From: an uncultured virus (IMG/VR IMGVR_UViG_3300042861_002374)
Taxonomy: Varidnaviria > Bamfordvirae
Reading direction: 5' to 3' (one strand)
Length of the DNA: 64,000 nucleotides
IMG/VR virus record: IMGVR_UViG_3300042861_002374
Both the position numbers and the translations under genes were made by a program. Below the pieces are notes generated by a model. It was given only the letters and a program-made list of their open reading frames with translations, had not been told where the DNA came from and ran no database searches. Of the stretch, positions 1 to 22,554 are shown one piece after another. Each line of letters opens with the position of its first letter. The first letter of the stretch is position 1.

Positions 1-12836
<12,836 letters not shown>

Positions 12837-12930
12837 TTTTTATTTTAAAAAAGTTTTAAATTTTTTACCAAAAAAAATTCTATAATTTTTTATATAAATT
12901 TAATTATAAAAGTTCGCTTATATTTAAATA

Positions 12931-12956
12931 AAAATAACACAAAATAGTGTTATTTT
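12931..12956. terminator. AT-rich hairpin 3' of the P-loop kinase gene
   Basis: aaaataacac-aaaata-gtgttatttt, 10-bp stem. Confidence 0.55.
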
Positions 12957-12965
12957 AGAATAAAT

Positions 12966-13832
12966 CTACGTTTTCGTTTTGCCTAAAAAAATAGACATTT
13001 CACATTTAAGCCTCTTAAGAGAAACACCGTTTGATGCTTCTTCTAATGCTTTTTCAAATTTAAGATCATTCTTATCATTATCTATAGAAAAAATTAATTT
13101 CATACTGTCATTATTATCAAATATCAGTAATATTTTAGGAGGAACATTACCACACTTAGAGTCATTATGACTTTTTATACAATTTTCATATATATCTTTT
13201 AGAACACGTTTCATTTCATCTGATTTTTTGTTCAATGTCTCTTTGCTGACATCTGGAAGACGAGGAGCTGACGAGTTTTTGTCATTTTCAAATTTTTTTA
13301 TTGAATCAAATGCTCTTGTAATATTTCTTTCATATAATTTTTTAGAATTTACAATTGAATATGCAAAAACGGGAGTATACTTTGTTTCAATAAAATTTGT
13401 ATCAAGCAACCAGTTTGGAATATACTGTCCGGTAAACTCAAATATTATGTGTTCTCCATTCTTTACTGCTTTTTTAAGATGTTCATCTAGAAGACCGTCA
13501 CATGATAATTCAGAATCTTTCGTACATCTATTTTTCCTAGCTGTAAAATAGGCATCTCCAAAGTCTTTATACATTTCTTTAGTTGGTTGTTTATATTTCT
13601 TTTCTATACAATCAACTTTACCTTTGCAACTTTTTTTAATTTTATCAAGAATTTTTATTATTTCTTCTTTATATTTTTCATTATTTTCTATTATATCATC
13701 AATTAATATTTTGACATATTTTTCTCCTTTGATATTCAAATATTCAATCGTTTTTTCAATAAGACTTGTTTTACCTGATCCTGTCATACCTGTTGTAATT
13801 ATTAAATATGTCTTTTTCTTCTGATTTCTCAT
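12966..13832 (-). CDS. P-loop kinase, zeta-toxin/AAA_33-like
   Basis: Walker A GMTGSGKTS, then IDDII, HIIFEFTG and C-terminal LIFDNN. Confidence 0.65.
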   Translation of the reverse strand: MRNQKKKTYLIITTGMTGSGKTSLIEKTIEYLNIKGEKYVKILIDDIIENNEKYKEEIIKILDKIKKSCKGKVDCIEKKYKQPTKEMYKDFGDAYFTARKNRCTKDSELSCDGLLDEHLKKAVKNGEHIIFEFTGQYIPNWLLDTNFIETKYTPVFAYSIVNSKKLYERNITRAFDSIKKFENDKNSSAPRLPDVSKETLNKKSDEMKRVLKDIYENCIKSHNDSKCGNVPPKILLIFDNNDSMKLIFSIDNDKNDLKFEKALEEASNGVSLKRLKCEMSIFLGKTKT

Positions 13833-13895
13833 ATTTATAATAAAATAATATTTTTAAAAAGTTTGTAATTACTTTAAAATAAACTAAGATAATAA

Positions 13896-14237
13896 ATGTT
13901 TAACATTGCAAATATACACAATGAGATTACAAAAAAGAAGGAATCTAAACCGTATTTTGCAACTACTCATCAAGCTGTTCAGGTTTTAACAGATTATGAT
14001 ACTTTTCCTTATCCGAGATATTTTCGTGGTGTACCAACATCTTCAGTTCCTATTATTGCAGAAAGAGAGGCTGGATGGAGACCACGCAGAGACGAATGCT
14101 ACAAAAATCAAGATAAACCTTGTAAATCTTTGCACCCCAAGCTTTGTTTTCAAGGTGCTTGCAGTACTGTTAAACCTTGCGTTTTAACAGAAAAAGAAGT
14201 TATTGATAACGGAGTATGTAATGTAAAATATCGTTAA
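13896..14237 (+). CDS. Hypothetical protein with Cys-containing C-terminus
   Basis: 113-aa ORF with TAAATG start, followed by a hairpin. Confidence 0.7.
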   Translation: MFNIANIHNEITKKKESKPYFATTHQAVQVLTDYDTFPYPRYFRGVPTSSVPIIAEREAGWRPRRDECYKNQDKPCKSLHPKLCFQGACSTVKPCVLTEKEVIDNGVCNVKYR

Positions 14238-14243
14238 GAGTGA

Positions 14244-14270
14244 AATCTAATACTTATCAAGTATTAGATT
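14244..14270. terminator. Hairpin between convergent genes
   Basis: aatctaatactt-atc-aagtattagatt, perfect 12-bp stem. Confidence 0.7.
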
Positions 14271-14406
14271 ATTTGTTGTTTGTCATAAACATGTATATTG
14301 ATTGACCGATCATTAAAGCTATAATAATTGCTATAAAAATCCAAAGAGCATTTCCAGTTTCTTTATCATTTAACATAGGTGAATAATCTACTCCTCTCTT
14401 GTACAT
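14269..14406 (-). CDS. Small single-TM protein (45 aa), not in ORF track
   Basis: MYKRGVDYSPMLNDKETGNALWIFIAIIIALMIGQSIYMFMTNNK. TAAATG start; stop overlaps the hairpin. Confidence 0.6.
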   Translation of the reverse strand: MYKRGVDYSPMLNDKETGNALWIFIAIIIALMIGQSIYMFMTNNK

Positions 14407-14525
14407 TTATTGTATGTCAAGAACTAATTTTTTTTCAAAATCTACTTTCCATAAGGTTTAAAGAAGATTCGTCACGTATAATTCTTTTGGTGTTTATCAA
14501 GATAAATTAGTTAATTTTCTTAGCC

Positions 14526-15044
14526 TCATCCTGCAAGTAGATTTCCGCCTGTATATTTTTCGTCTAGAGGACTATGATCATTAAATTTTAGTTGGCTAAA
14601 AGAAATTGATTTCATTTCTTGTGAATTGCTACTTTTACCACCTGTCTCTTTATAATTATAAAGTTTCATTCCAAGATATCCACCCGAAAGCAATGATCCA
14701 ATAATAGCAAGAGTAAAAATAACAGAAGTATCATTTTTTGCAGCTTGACAATCAGTCTGAATATTATAAGTTAGTATAGTAGTACTCAAAGAAATAATAA
14801 ACATAAAAGTAATAAAAGCGGTGCCAAGCAAGGGATGTGTCTTGTCTGATGAACAACCACATATCAAAGTTGTGGCACAAATAGACACAAGGGCTACACC
14901 CATTACAAGAAGACCGCGTACAGAATTTTGAGAGTTAGCACTGCAAGTTGTTACATCATTAGATATTTTAAAAGCATAAACTGTTATTATTATTCCTATA
15001 ACAAACATCATTATTGTAAACATATTAATAGTAAGATATGTCAT
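14526..15044 (-). CDS. Four-TM membrane protein
   Basis: Four hydrophobic segments with short Cys-containing loops. Confidence 0.75.
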   Translation of the reverse strand: MTYLTINMFTIMMFVIGIIITVYAFKISNDVTTCSANSQNSVRGLLVMGVALVSICATTLICGCSSDKTHPLLGTAFITFMFIISLSTTILTYNIQTDCQAAKNDTSVIFTLAIIGSLLSGGYLGMKLYNYKETGGKSSNSQEMKSISFSQLKFNDHSPLDEKYTGGNLLAG

Positions 15045-15074
15045 TTTATTATAGAAAAAGAAAAATATTTTTTA

Positions 15075-16073
15075 TTATAGTTCAAGAAGGGCGAGTTCTT
15101 CATCTAGAGAAAGTTCACTTTCTTTGTCAGAATCGTCAAGTGGTAGTAGACGTTCTTCAATCTTATCAAATGATGTACGAATAATAGAAAGAAAATAATA
15201 ATATACTTCTCTCATAAAATCAGCTGTTAAACCAGACATAATTACTTTTCCACTGTGAAAAACCAAAAATGTATTATGTCTTTCAGATTGCAATTTTGTC
15301 TCTCTTTCTTTTGGTAAAAGAATGTCTAAGTATTCTTTATATGTAGTCCATACTTCTTGCCATTCTTCATCTTTAATGAATATTTTTTTAACTTTCATGG
15401 TTGTAATATCTTTAGTAAGAGGTACTTTGATATTTACACCTGTATAACCAAAAGATGTTTCCAAAAGGCAGTGATATTCCTTCTGGCTACACATATACTT
15501 ATTTAGTTTTTCTCTGTCTACAATAAAACCAAGAGAAAAGTCAATATTACGCATAGAAGGTATGAAAATAGCTTCTAGACTATTTCCTCTTGTAAAAGAG
15601 TAAATATCTTTAAAATCTTTTATGTATTGCCATATGAATTGGACACATTTATCAGCATGTTCATGTGTCTTACATCCAGTCATTTGAAAAGTACCATTTC
15701 GACAAATTTTAAAGTTAATTGGTTTATCAAATATAATGACAACTGTAATAGAGTTACGAAACCATTTTCTTTTCTTTCCTGCTTTAGCCTTCTTTGGTTT
15801 TAATTCAACACCTCTTATCTGATTTTCATACTTTACTGTAATTATTGAACCTGGTTCAACTGATTTGTTATGATCAATTTGTTCACATTTCTTCTTTCGA
15901 CCTCTTTTCTTTAATACAACCACATAATCAGTTATAGGAAGTTTTTCATATAATTCACTTATTTGTATATTCAAATTGGTTGTAGCAGTGAATGTTTTAG
16001 TAGATACTTTAATATCATCAAAATTGGGAAATGACAAACTGTCACCAGTCTTTACTTTATCAAATGAAGTCAT
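15075..16073 (-). CDS. TATA-binding-protein-like factor (viral type)
   Basis: Two TBP-like half repeats, INFKICRNGTFQMTGCK and TFLVFHSGKVIMSG. Confidence 0.75.
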   Translation of the reverse strand: MTSFDKVKTGDSLSFPNFDDIKVSTKTFTATTNLNIQISELYEKLPITDYVVVLKKRGRKKKCEQIDHNKSVEPGSIITVKYENQIRGVELKPKKAKAGKKRKWFRNSITVVIIFDKPINFKICRNGTFQMTGCKTHEHADKCVQFIWQYIKDFKDIYSFTRGNSLEAIFIPSMRNIDFSLGFIVDREKLNKYMCSQKEYHCLLETSFGYTGVNIKVPLTKDITTMKVKKIFIKDEEWQEVWTTYKEYLDILLPKERETKLQSERHNTFLVFHSGKVIMSGLTADFMREVYYYFLSIIRTSFDKIEERLLPLDDSDKESELSLDEELALLEL

Positions 16074-16316
16074 TTTATTACTTAAAGGATACTTCTTCTT
16101 TAAACTCCAATTTTATTTTTTTGAACAAAATTAGAGTTTAATAAATCATCTTTATTCTACATTTCTTGTAAATAACTGTGCAGTATTGTATGGTTAAATT
16201 GTTATAAAACTCAAATTTGATTTCTAAATGTGGTTTTTGCTTATTTTACCTTCAATATATAAAACAATAAACAACTCAACAATTAATCAAATTATAAAAT
16301 ATAATAATAAGAATAA

Positions 16317-18794
16317 ATGGAAATTCATAATTTTGACAAACATGCTACAGAATCTTTAAAAGAATCATTGAAATCTTTTATGGGAATTACAAGTGAGCAA
16401 TTAATATTATTTTGTTCTTTAATGAAAAATACAAATTCTGTTATCTGCGGAGGCTTTATTTTACATTCTCTTTCTGAATTTGAAGATTATTATCCAGAAT
16501 CTATTCATATACAATGTACTTATAATGCAGCTTTAGAAATAAATAACTTTTTCAAAGACGAAAAAATTGTTAAAACAGAAAAACAGAATGTTTACATTAC
16601 AGAAACAAATAATATTCCTTCTGAAACGGAATCGTTTTTTTTTAAAAATAGAATAAAGGCAAGATTACATTATTATATTGCATATGAACATCCACACTTA
16701 TATCCTAGGATAAAAATATACATTGTTGAAAATACTAAAAACGTTCTTGAAACTGTGAAAAATTTTGATTTAAGTTTTACGCAGATCTGGTTTGATGGAG
16801 AGAATCTTAGTGCGACATATGAACAGAAAAAAATAGAAAAGAAAAAAGGCAAAATTAATTATGAATACACAAATTTAATCTTACAATTTAATCCAATCTT
16901 AATAGAAAGGATTAATATATACAAAAAAAGAGGTTTTGAAATAACATATGATACTCTTCCTGGTTCTGTAATAATAAGCAGTACAAATGAACGAAATCGA
17001 GAGCCTGATGATGATGTACTAGTTAATTTTTTATATAGAAACTTGATAAGAAAAATGGTAAATAATTCTATAGAATACAACAACCCAGATTATACACAGA
17101 TATTAGGTCAAGCTGATTTTTATCTTACCTACTTTTGGTTAGAAGAAAATGTAAAGGAAGATCCATTACAAATGTTACTAAATCTTCTAAACAAATTAGA
17201 AATGAAAAAATGTTTATTACCTTCTTGGATACAATATACATACGCTGAACAAAATAAAGTTCGCAAACGTGAATTTAAACCATATAAACCACCAACTGAA
17301 GATGATAGAAATAAAACCGAAATTGTAAAAATGTTACTTTTTGATGTATGTGAATTATCTAAACTAATTAGATTAGGTAAATTACAAGCAAGCACATTCA
17401 TAATGAACAAATACAAACTTGATCCGGATTTAAAAGTTAGAGATGAATTTTTATCTGAAATTTCAAAAAAGAATGATCGTGATAAAAAAATATATGAAAG
17501 ATATAAATATGAAAGAAAGCAATCACTCGTATATGAAAAAGGTAAAATGTTATGTTTGAAAAAAGATGAAGAAATAAGGTTTCAAAAAGTCGCAAAAGAT
17601 ATTCGAAAAGAAAATAATACTCGTGAAATAGAATGGATAAATATTACAGATCCTATAGTTACAGACCCGGTAATATTTAACGAAAGAGAACTTGTGACTT
17701 CTAATTCACAACCACCAATTATTACGATCGAGGATGGCAAAGAAGTTTCAAAAAATCGCACAGGTTGTATGAGTATACATACGTTTGGTATATATAACAT
17801 AAACTCTTATTTGAAAGGTGAAGCAGTAGAAGGTTATAATACACAAGATGATCTTCGAGACGAAGATCTTGATTTAATTGAAGAAGATGCTAGAGAAAGA
17901 TTAGTATTCTTTTTGGCAAACTCTACAGACTTATCAGACTTAACTCCCTATTGTTATACTCTAAGCGATTTGGCAAACAATGTTGCTCATAGATTATACT
18001 TAAATTGTAAAAAAGGAAAAGCTACGCAAAAAGATGAACTTTTAGAGGAAATAGATGAAGCTATAATAAAATTAAGTTTAGGAGGTCATCAAATATATGT
18101 GCCTTTAGGGGAAATTATACACGCTATATATAACACTAAAAAACAGATTTTTATTTTAATCCCAACAGAAAAAGTTTTTAAGTACACTGCTTCTATGGTT
18201 TATACATATCGTTCGTATAATAGTAGATCTATAGATCATTGTCAAGATGGTTCTAACAAGACAATTCATACTATAAGAGTTTGCCAAGGAGATGGCGAAG
18301 GTGATAATTGCTGGCCTATTAATGAAACATTAGAAACAGTTGAATATTCAAAAGATAAGTTTTACATGAAAAGAAAATATTATGTAGATGATCAATTCAT
18401 TGAATCCTTAGATGTTGATCAAACTCTCATGGATGAGTCGATAAAGGAAGATATTCTTACAGATAACTTGCAAAATGAAATGACAGAAATATTAAGTTTT
18501 ATGGACGATGAACAAAGATATGATTTTTTAGATAACAATATATCAAAATTATTAATTATGACTGATAATGATAGAGAGGAACTTGCTTTTAAGAATATGT
18601 CCGATCTTCAAATTCTATTGTATAAAACTCGTAATTCATTACATTTTATGTCGAACGACGAAAAAAATGATTTTTTATCCAAGTATATTAGTATAGCTGA
18701 TACAGAAGAAATATTAAATGAGCTAGAACAAAGAGATTATGATGAAACTAAAATTCGTGATTTATATAATTTTATAAGAATAAGAACATACTAA
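16317..18794 (+). CDS. Large hypothetical protein with a degenerate N-terminal nucleotidyltransferase-like region
   Basis: 825-aa ORF. ICGGFIL and FDLSFTQIWFDG motifs; the expected DxD is absent (ESIHI). Confidence 0.6.
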   Translation: MEIHNFDKHATESLKESLKSFMGITSEQLILFCSLMKNTNSVICGGFILHSLSEFEDYYPESIHIQCTYNAALEINNFFKDEKIVKTEKQNVYITETNNIPSETESFFFKNRIKARLHYYIAYEHPHLYPRIKIYIVENTKNVLETVKNFDLSFTQIWFDGENLSATYEQKKIEKKKGKINYEYTNLILQFNPILIERINIYKKRGFEITYDTLPGSVIISSTNERNREPDDDVLVNFLYRNLIRKMVNNSIEYNNPDYTQILGQADFYLTYFWLEENVKEDPLQMLLNLLNKLEMKKCLLPSWIQYTYAEQNKVRKREFKPYKPPTEDDRNKTEIVKMLLFDVCELSKLIRLGKLQASTFIMNKYKLDPDLKVRDEFLSEISKKNDRDKKIYERYKYERKQSLVYEKGKMLCLKKDEEIRFQKVAKDIRKENNTREIEWINITDPIVTDPVIFNERELVTSNSQPPIITIEDGKEVSKNRTGCMSIHTFGIYNINSYLKGEAVEGYNTQDDLRDEDLDLIEEDARERLVFFLANSTDLSDLTPYCYTLSDLANNVAHRLYLNCKKGKATQKDELLEEIDEAIIKLSLGGHQIYVPLGEIIHAIYNTKKQIFILIPTEKVFKYTASMVYTYRSYNSRSIDHCQDGSNKTIHTIRVCQGDGEGDNCWPINETLETVEYSKDKFYMKRKYYVDDQFIESLDVDQTLMDESIKEDILTDNLQNEMTEILSFMDDEQRYDFLDNNISKLLIMTDNDREELAFKNMSDLQILLYKTRNSLHFMSNDEKNDFLSKYISIADTEEILNELEQRDYDETKIRDLYNFIRIRTY

Positions 18795-18835
18795 AGTAAA
18801 TATATTGTTTAAAAATATATTTTATAAATATAATT

Positions 18836-19384
18836 ATGTTTAAGAAACTAAAAATTGCATTTGGTCATAAAATGGGTGTAGGCAAAGATACTGCTTGTTC
18901 ACACCTTGTTAATAAATATGGAGGTAATCATATTTCATTTGCAACTCCTTTATACGATATACAACGTTATGCACAGCAAAAATGCGGTTTCTTTGAGGAA
19001 AAAGATAGAGAATTTTTACAATATGTTGGCACTGAATGGGCTAGAAAAAAAGACCCCGATGTTTGGGTTCGTCTCGCTCTACAAGATCACATGCAAGATG
19101 AAAATATATTCTTATCAGATTTAAGATTCAAGAATGAATTTTATGCCTTAAAAAAGGAAGGATGGTTTTGTGTAAAGATTGTTAGATCGGATCAAGAAGA
19201 AAATAGAAAAGGAACTGGTACAAATGATCATGATAGCGAAACTTCACTTGATTCTATTGAAGATAAAGAATGGAATTATATAATTTATAATAATAAAAAC
19301 ATACAAGATTTTTACGATAATTTAGATAATTTGTACTTAAAATGTTGGCGTGAATTGATAAACAATAGAAGAAATCAAAGTTAA
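18836..19384 (+). CDS. Deoxynucleoside monophosphate kinase
   Basis: GHKMGVGKDT, SFATPL, REFLQYVGTEWAR, SDLRFKNE and HDSET motifs. Confidence 0.88.
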   Translation: MFKKLKIAFGHKMGVGKDTACSHLVNKYGGNHISFATPLYDIQRYAQQKCGFFEEKDREFLQYVGTEWARKKDPDVWVRLALQDHMQDENIFLSDLRFKNEFYALKKEGWFCVKIVRSDQEENRKGTGTNDHDSETSLDSIEDKEWNYIIYNNKNIQDFYDNLDNLYLKCWRELINNRRNQS

Positions 19385-19461
19385 TTACATGATCTGAAAA
19401 ATTACTAAAATATAGTAGCAGTAAATTATTTAAATTTAAACAATTATAATCTTGTACTAAA

Positions 19462-19983
19462 ATGTATACTTATATTTTACTAGCTGTCGGATCAATGTTT
19501 TTGACAGTATGCTGGAAAATAGAAGCTCATGTAATAATTAAACAATCAATTATATCAAAATATAATAAATGGAAAAGGTTGAATCGTCTTGTATCTAAGA
19601 TGGAAAAGAATAATGCACGTATGTTTTGGATTAGTTTAAAACTGCTTATTAGAGCTCTTTATGTCTCATTTATTCAATATATTAATAATTCAGTACGTAA
19701 ACTTGATAATAAAACTTTTGAACTTACGTACGTGATTAATGGAAAAATGTATAAGATGATTGCGATACCTAAACGTGGTCCTAATCCTATTTTGCAAATT
19801 AGCAATGATTTACAGAATGATGTGACAGATTTTATACTTCCATATATGGGACCTCAATATGACTGGCATGGAAACAAATTTAAACCGGAGTTTTTTGGTT
19901 ATAAATCTCTGACCTTTGAACTTGGAGATGGAAGTGAACATACGTATGATGAAACTGATAACGTTGAATATAATGTAAAATAA
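19462..19983 (+). CDS. Hypothetical protein
   Basis: 173-aa ORF with hydrophobic N-terminus and DVTDFILPYMGP motif. Confidence 0.7.
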   Translation: MYTYILLAVGSMFLTVCWKIEAHVIIKQSIISKYNKWKRLNRLVSKMEKNNARMFWISLKLLIRALYVSFIQYINNSVRKLDNKTFELTYVINGKMYKMIAIPKRGPNPILQISNDLQNDVTDFILPYMGPQYDWHGNKFKPEFFGYKSLTFELGDGSEHTYDETDNVEYNVK

Positions 19984-20025
19984 AAATGATTTTATATTTA
20001 TTCTTTTTAGTATAAAATCAAAATC

Positions 20026-20682
20026 ATGACAACCGATCCTAAGATTACACAAGATATTATGATTATTCTAGATGCGTCTGGATCTATGGTATCTATGGGA
20101 GATGAACCTGTTCAGGCTGTAAATGCATTTATTGATGAACAAAAGAAAACTTTGGATAAAGACGGTTCTACTTTTTCACTGTGGACATTTAACTCTAATG
20201 TAAAAAAGGTAATTGATGATGTACCTCTGCATGATATTGACGAATTTAAAGATTATAAGCCTGAAAGTATGACAGCATTATATGATGCGATCGGGGAAGC
20301 AATAAATAATAAGAAAAAGAAAGAAAAATATGATGATGTTGTTTGTGTTATTCTAACGGATGGACTAGAAAACAGCTCAAAAGTTTTTAACATTTCGCAA
20401 ATTAAATCTATGATCAAAGACATGGAAACAAATCATAATTGGAAGTTTGTATATCTAGGAGCAAATCAAGATGCGTTTGCAGTTGGAGGAGATATGGGAA
20501 TGCAAGCCGATTGTTGTTCTGAGTACAGATGCGAACCAGGTGAAATGATAGGTGCGACTCGTGAAGTGAGTAAAGCTGTTTCCTCATACAGGACAAGGTC
20601 TGCAACTGATGGAAAAGAAGCAAAATTTACACTAAAAGATGATAGAAAGTTCCAAAGTGCTCCCCCTAATCTTAATTCATAA
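20026..20682 (+). CDS. von Willebrand factor A domain protein
   Basis: MIDAS motif DASGS, TALYDAIG, ILTDGLEN and FVYLGANQDA. Confidence 0.9.
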   Translation: MTTDPKITQDIMIILDASGSMVSMGDEPVQAVNAFIDEQKKTLDKDGSTFSLWTFNSNVKKVIDDVPLHDIDEFKDYKPESMTALYDAIGEAINNKKKKEKYDDVVCVILTDGLENSSKVFNISQIKSMIKDMETNHNWKFVYLGANQDAFAVGGDMGMQADCCSEYRCEPGEMIGATREVSKAVSSYRTRSATDGKEAKFTLKDDRKFQSAPPNLNS

Positions 20683-20696
20683 ATAAGGAAGCTATA

Positions 20697-20725
20697 ATTT
20701 TTACACAAGAATATTGTGTAAAAAT
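20697..20725. terminator. Hairpin 3' of the vWA gene
   Basis: atttttacacaa-gaata-ttgtgtaaaaat, 12-bp stem. Confidence 0.65.
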
Positions 20726-20781
20726 AAATCTTAATGTGTTTTTCTCATCTGATAAGAGAAGTTAATTTAACATTTTCTTAA

Positions 20782-20968
20782 TTCAAAAAGGCGGAGGAAA
20801 AAAATCCAAATCCAAAGAAAATTTTGTAATAATTTCTTAAAATATTGGAAAAGAAAATGAAAAAGGAAAACCTTTTTTTTGCTCCTCCGCCTTTTTGAAA
20901 AGTTCGTACGAAAAATGATTTTTTCAGGAACGGGTATTTTTAAAACGCGTCTTACACACACACAAATT
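20782..20968 (+). repeat. Conserved non-coding inverted-repeat element, copy 1, upstream of zinc-finger gene
   Basis: Perfect 17-bp IR ttcaaaaaggcggagga (20782-20798) / tcctccgcctttttgaa (20883-20899). Homologous to the reverse complement of ~35215-35408. Confidence 0.9.
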
Positions 20969-21126
20969 AGAGATTTTTGCAAAAAGTGACTTTTATCAGA
21001 AAATAGTGACTATTTTCAATTTTTTTTGGACAATTTTGGACAATTTTAGACAATTTTAATTTACCAGAAAAAAGTTATCTTTATCTCTAAAAAATATTTA
21101 AAAACAAATGAACAAAATAAAACAAA

Positions 21127-22512
21127 ATGGAAAAATGTCAATTTTGCAATAACATGTTTGGAAATAAACAAATGTTACGCCAGCATCAGACTAAAACAAA
21201 ATATTGCCTAAAAATACAAGAAACTCAATACAAAGAGGAAGCTGAATCTTTAAAAGAATTAACTTGTCAGTTTTGCGGAAAACAGTGTAAAACTAAGTAT
21301 CTTTTAAGTAGTCACCAGACACAAGCAAAATATTGTCTCAAAATACAAGAATCTCAAAATTCTGAAAAAATGATAGTATCTTTAGTGACGTGTAAATTTT
21401 GTGATAAAAACTTTTCATGTAGGAGTTTTAATAGACATGATTTAACATGTAAGAAAAAACTTGAATTTATTATTAATGAAAAGACAGAAGAAAATATCAG
21501 ATTAAAGTTGAAATCACAGAATGATGAGAAAGATCAAGAAATAGCAATGCTAAAGTTAAAAGCCGAGAAAGATGAAGCAATTGGTTCAATATATAAAGCA
21601 TCTGCAGAAAATTCTCAGGCTACAGCTGAACGTGCGCAGGCTACGATAAACGAGATAGCAAAACAACCAACTTATCAAAAAAACAGTACAAAAAACATTC
21701 AAAACAATTTGATGATCTCAAATCTTACTCCTCTTGATTTAAGCCAAGCTCGTGTTGACAGTATAATAGATGAAAAATATACAAAAAACGATTTTTATGA
21801 AGGTCAGAAAGGAGCGGCCCAGGTTGTTTACAAATATCTTTCTACAGACTCAAATGGCAAGTCTCAAATAGTTTGTACTGATACAGAACGTGGTACGTTT
21901 CACCACATAGATGTTAATGGCGAACATGTTGTTGATTACAAGAATGTTCATTTGATAGATAGAGTACATTTACCTCTTAAGAGAAAAGCAAGTAAGTTTG
22001 CGGCAGAAGAATCAATAAAAAATCCAACTGCTTTTAAAGACATTGTTATGAATGAAACTTCTATCAGAGAACTAGAAGCAAAACCTGGTTTGTTCAATAG
22101 AACAATGGCAAAACTTACAGGAAAAAATTGTGCGAAACAACTCATTGGTCAACCAACTAATTTATCAATCACGAAAGAGTGGTTATTAGAAAATGCAAAA
22201 TTTCTGACCATAGAGCATATTTTAAGAGGTCCGGAGGGGTATGCGGATTATGCATTGTCTTATCCTCTAAACAACCGGCTTATTATTGATGACAATTATT
22301 ATGATTCCGGACATAAAGTTACATTTTTAAAGTATAAAGATTTTAATGGTGATATAATAGTAGACCTAAATGGCCAGTTTTTAGTAAAAATGATTATTGA
22401 TTCTCTTAATGATCAGAAGAAGAATTTGATGATTGAACACGACATAGTTGATTTTAATGAAGATACTATTTTTACGGATGAGTTTAGAAAGATTTTAATT
22501 GCCAATATATGA
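21127..22512 (+). CDS. C2H2 zinc-finger / coiled-coil protein, MIGE-like family, with duplicated C-terminal domain
   Basis: Three CxxC...H...C fingers, a coiled coil, an Asn-rich linker and IVCTDTER motif. Paralogous to 34046-35077. Confidence 0.85.
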   Translation: MEKCQFCNNMFGNKQMLRQHQTKTKYCLKIQETQYKEEAESLKELTCQFCGKQCKTKYLLSSHQTQAKYCLKIQESQNSEKMIVSLVTCKFCDKNFSCRSFNRHDLTCKKKLEFIINEKTEENIRLKLKSQNDEKDQEIAMLKLKAEKDEAIGSIYKASAENSQATAERAQATINEIAKQPTYQKNSTKNIQNNLMISNLTPLDLSQARVDSIIDEKYTKNDFYEGQKGAAQVVYKYLSTDSNGKSQIVCTDTERGTFHHIDVNGEHVVDYKNVHLIDRVHLPLKRKASKFAAEESIKNPTAFKDIVMNETSIRELEAKPGLFNRTMAKLTGKNCAKQLIGQPTNLSITKEWLLENAKFLTIEHILRGPEGYADYALSYPLNNRLIIDDNYYDSGHKVTFLKYKDFNGDIIVDLNGQFLVKMIIDSLNDQKKNLMIEHDIVDFNEDTIFTDEFRKILIANI

Positions 22513-22522
22513 AAATTAGACG

Positions 22523-22548
22523 TCTTCATATTCAAAATAATATGAAGA
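22523..22548. terminator. Hairpin between convergent genes
   Basis: tcttcatatt-caaaat-aatatgaaga. Confidence 0.65.
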
Positions 22549-22554
22549 AAGATT

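Noticed and set aside
20727..22548. Classical transposon (TIR/TSD) interpretation of the zinc-finger cassette
   Set aside because: No terminal inverted repeats, target-site duplication or recognisable transposase motif were found by eye.
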